From assembly GCA_963702205.1 (NCBI GenBank), contig OY969724.1, forward strand, positions 2,880,001-2,944,000: a stretch of DNA of 64,000 nucleotides. Reading direction: 5' to 3'. A model generated the notes under the pieces. That model saw only the letters and a list, made by a program, of their open reading frames with translations. It had not been told where the DNA came from and searched no databases. Origin of the DNA: an uncultured candidate division Zixibacteria bacterium. GTDB taxonomy: Bacteria > Zixibacteria > MSB-5A5 > GN15 > PGXB01. The number at the start of each line of letters is the position of its first letter. Within the stretch, counting starts at the first letter, position 1. Below are positions 62,188-64,000 of this stretch, one piece after another. Position numbers and translations under genes: made by a program.

Positions 62188-62676
62188 TCAGCTTCTTGAT
62201 CCGTTGAGTCCTTCGACTGCTTTCAAAGTAGTCTCGACCGGAGGGATATCTTTCATCGACTGCCCATAATACGAAAACCTGATAATTCCATCTTTGTCGA
62301 CCAGCGTCTGGGCCGGGAGTCGTCCCAGCTTTATCAGGCTGACCTGTTGACCGAACCGGTCCAGAACCAATCGCTGCGGGTCGGGCAACCCGACGAACGG
62401 GAGATATTCTTTGCGCCAGTAGTTCTTGAAAGCTTTCTTCTTTTCCGGCCCGATGACTATGACCTCGGTGTCGCGCCGGACAAAATCCTCATAGACCCGC
62501 CGCAGCTGCGCCAGGTGTTTGCGACAAAAGGGACACATGAAACCCCGGTTAAAAACAAGAAGCATGTTTTTCCGGCCGATCAGGCTGTCCGAGGAAAATT
62601 TCTCGCCCGACATATCTTCAATGGTAAAGACAGGCAGCTTATGTCCCGATTTTAATCTTTTATCCGGTTTTTGCAT
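62188..62676 (-). CDS. AhpC/TSA-family redoxin
   Basis: FNRGFMCPFC, LPDP, LVDKDGIIR. Confidence 0.85.
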   Translation of the reverse strand: MQKPDKRLKSGHKLPVFTIEDMSGEKFSSDSLIGRKNMLLVFNRGFMCPFCRKHLAQLRRVYEDFVRRDTEVIVIGPEKKKAFKNYWRKEYLPFVGLPDPQRLVLDRFGQQVSLIKLGRLPAQTLVDKDGIIRFSYYGQSMKDIPPVETTLKAVEGLNGSRS

Positions 62677-62847
62677 TTAACGGCCCGCCAGTAGAAATCT
62701 CTCTATATATAATTTAACGGTACGGGGAGATTTAAGCAAGACGACTTTATAAAGAGTTCAATTTCAAGATAATGGCAAAAAGATAAAGGGGCGGAAGTAA
62801 CCACCCCCTATAGGAATATCTGAATAAACTTGCTATCAGTATTCGAA

Positions 62848-63114
62848 TCAGTCGCGCGGGCCGCGGCTCTCGTCCCGTCTGCGTGCGATATTGATACGCA
62901 GTTGACGGCCATCAAGATCCTGCCCGTTCAAACCGTCGATAGCCGACTGCGCCTGATCATCGGACGGCATTTCGACAAACGCGAAACCACGAGATTGGCC
63001 AGTCATTCTATCTTTGATTACGTTCACACTGGCGACTTCGCCATAGCCTTCGAAGGCATTTCTAAGGCTTTCTTCGTTGGTGTTGTAAGACAGATTGCCG
63101 ACATAAATGTTCAC
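62848..63114 (-). CDS. RRM RNA-binding protein
   Basis: RNP2 IYVGNL, RNP1 RGFAFVEM; AAGGAG RBS, GTG start. Confidence 0.95.
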   Translation of the reverse strand: MNIYVGNLSYNTNEESLRNAFEGYGEVASVNVIKDRMTGQSRGFAFVEMPSDDQAQSAIDGLNGQDLDGRQLRINIARRRDESRGPRD

Positions 63115-63389
63115 AAAAGACTCCTTTACTCTGTTTATCCCTCAGGAACTCGGTCAACGGCAATGAGGCCTGATGGATAAACGTTTTAACGAAATAATTT
63201 GTTAATTGCCTGGATATGTTAAAAGAAAATTTCGAATAAACTAAAACCCTGCGGAATAAAATAATTCACAATTCATCCTAATAAATATATCGGAATTTAT
63301 CAGTTTGGCAACATAATTATTCGATAGCCTGAAAAAATATTGGGGGACAAAAATATCAGGATGTCATTGTCGGACGGCCGTTTATATCG

Positions 63390-64000
63390 CTATGGAAGAT
63401 CGTCGTGGATTTCGATATTTTGATGCCGGACAATTTCGCCTTCAACCATATATATGACGTCTTCGGCGATATTCGTAGCGTGATCGGCGATTCTTTCCAG
63501 ATTGCGCGAAACGCTTAAAAGATCTATCAGGTAATGGGCGTTTTCAGGATTCAGCTTTAGCGCATCTATTACGACGCGGTACGTCTGCCGGTGACTTTCG
63601 TCGACTTCATCGTCGGCCTCACAGACGTTTTTGGCAATCTGGGGGTCCATGTCGACCAGAGAATCGGCGCTCATTTTTACCATACTCATAACCTTGGCAA
63701 GCATTCCATTTAGATCGAAAGGTACCGGCATATCGGGTTTTCCGGCCAATGAGATGGCACGCTCGGCTATATTTTCCGCCAGGTCGCCAATCCGCTCCAG
63801 GTCATTGTTGATCTTCATCACGGCTATGATAAACCGGAGATCTATCGCAACCGGCTGATAAAGGGCGAGAAGTTTAAGGACTTCTTCTTCAAGCTCGACC
63901 TCGAAATTATCAATTTCAATATCGCGATTGATAACGTCCCGCGCCAGCACCGGGTTGCGTTCTATAATAGACTTCACCGCCGCCCGAAGGTTTTCTTCGA
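63390..64000 (-). CDS. phoU: phosphate signalling protein PhoU (5' end outside the window)
   Basis: QPVAIDLR, DLERIGD.A.NIA, LERIADHATNIAE. Confidence 0.95.
   Translation of the reverse strand, partial: EENLRAAVKSIIERNPVLARDVINRDIEIDNFEVELEEEVLKLLALYQPVAIDLRFIIAVMKINNDLERIGDLAENIAERAISLAGKPDMPVPFDLNGMLAKVMSMVKMSADSLVDMDPQIAKNVCEADDEVDESHRQTYRVVIDALKLNPENAHYLIDLLSVSRNLERIADHATNIAEDVIYMVEGEIVRHQNIEIHDDLP

Noticed and set aside
62188..62676. Selenocysteine recoding in the redoxin (and in the YedF-like protein)
   Set aside because: Active-site codons are ordinary Cys codons with no in-frame TGA.

Overview
64-kb chromosomal segment of a diderm bacterium, mostly housekeeping genes. Gene content (MXAN_6640-type metalloprotease with FlgD-Ig-like tail, porin_10-like barrel, S74 domain protein, RRM protein) suggests an FCB-associated lineage such as candidate Zixibacteria; this is inference and should be checked with the 16S gene. 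It contains the 5' part of an rRNA operon (16S, tRNA-Ile, tRNA-Ala; minus strand), lipB, a 2-oxoacid dehydrogenase operon with acyl-CoA dehydrogenase, SOD, rlmI, a membrane pyrophosphatase, a long minus-strand operon (manC to an outer-membrane barrel), an AmmeMemoRadiSam locus, tRNA-Gln, an ABC-2 exporter and part of phoU. The best-resolved finding is an intact IS621-like IS110 bridge-recombinase element (29347-30521). Its CT cores, donor and target sites, all four bridge-RNA guide segments and circle-junction promoter can be read from the sequence. It sits in the stem of a REP-like hairpin inside a ~173-bp MITE with perfect 17-bp TIRs. Other findings: a dispersed modular GTAG-REP family, an AmmeMemoRadiSam system whose components carry export signals, a stand-alone HEPN-motif protein, a pseudo-M1 peptidase and a stand-alone secreted S74 chaperone. 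Five single-base frameshifts in short runs are probably assembly errors. All protein calls are from motif recognition, not database searches.
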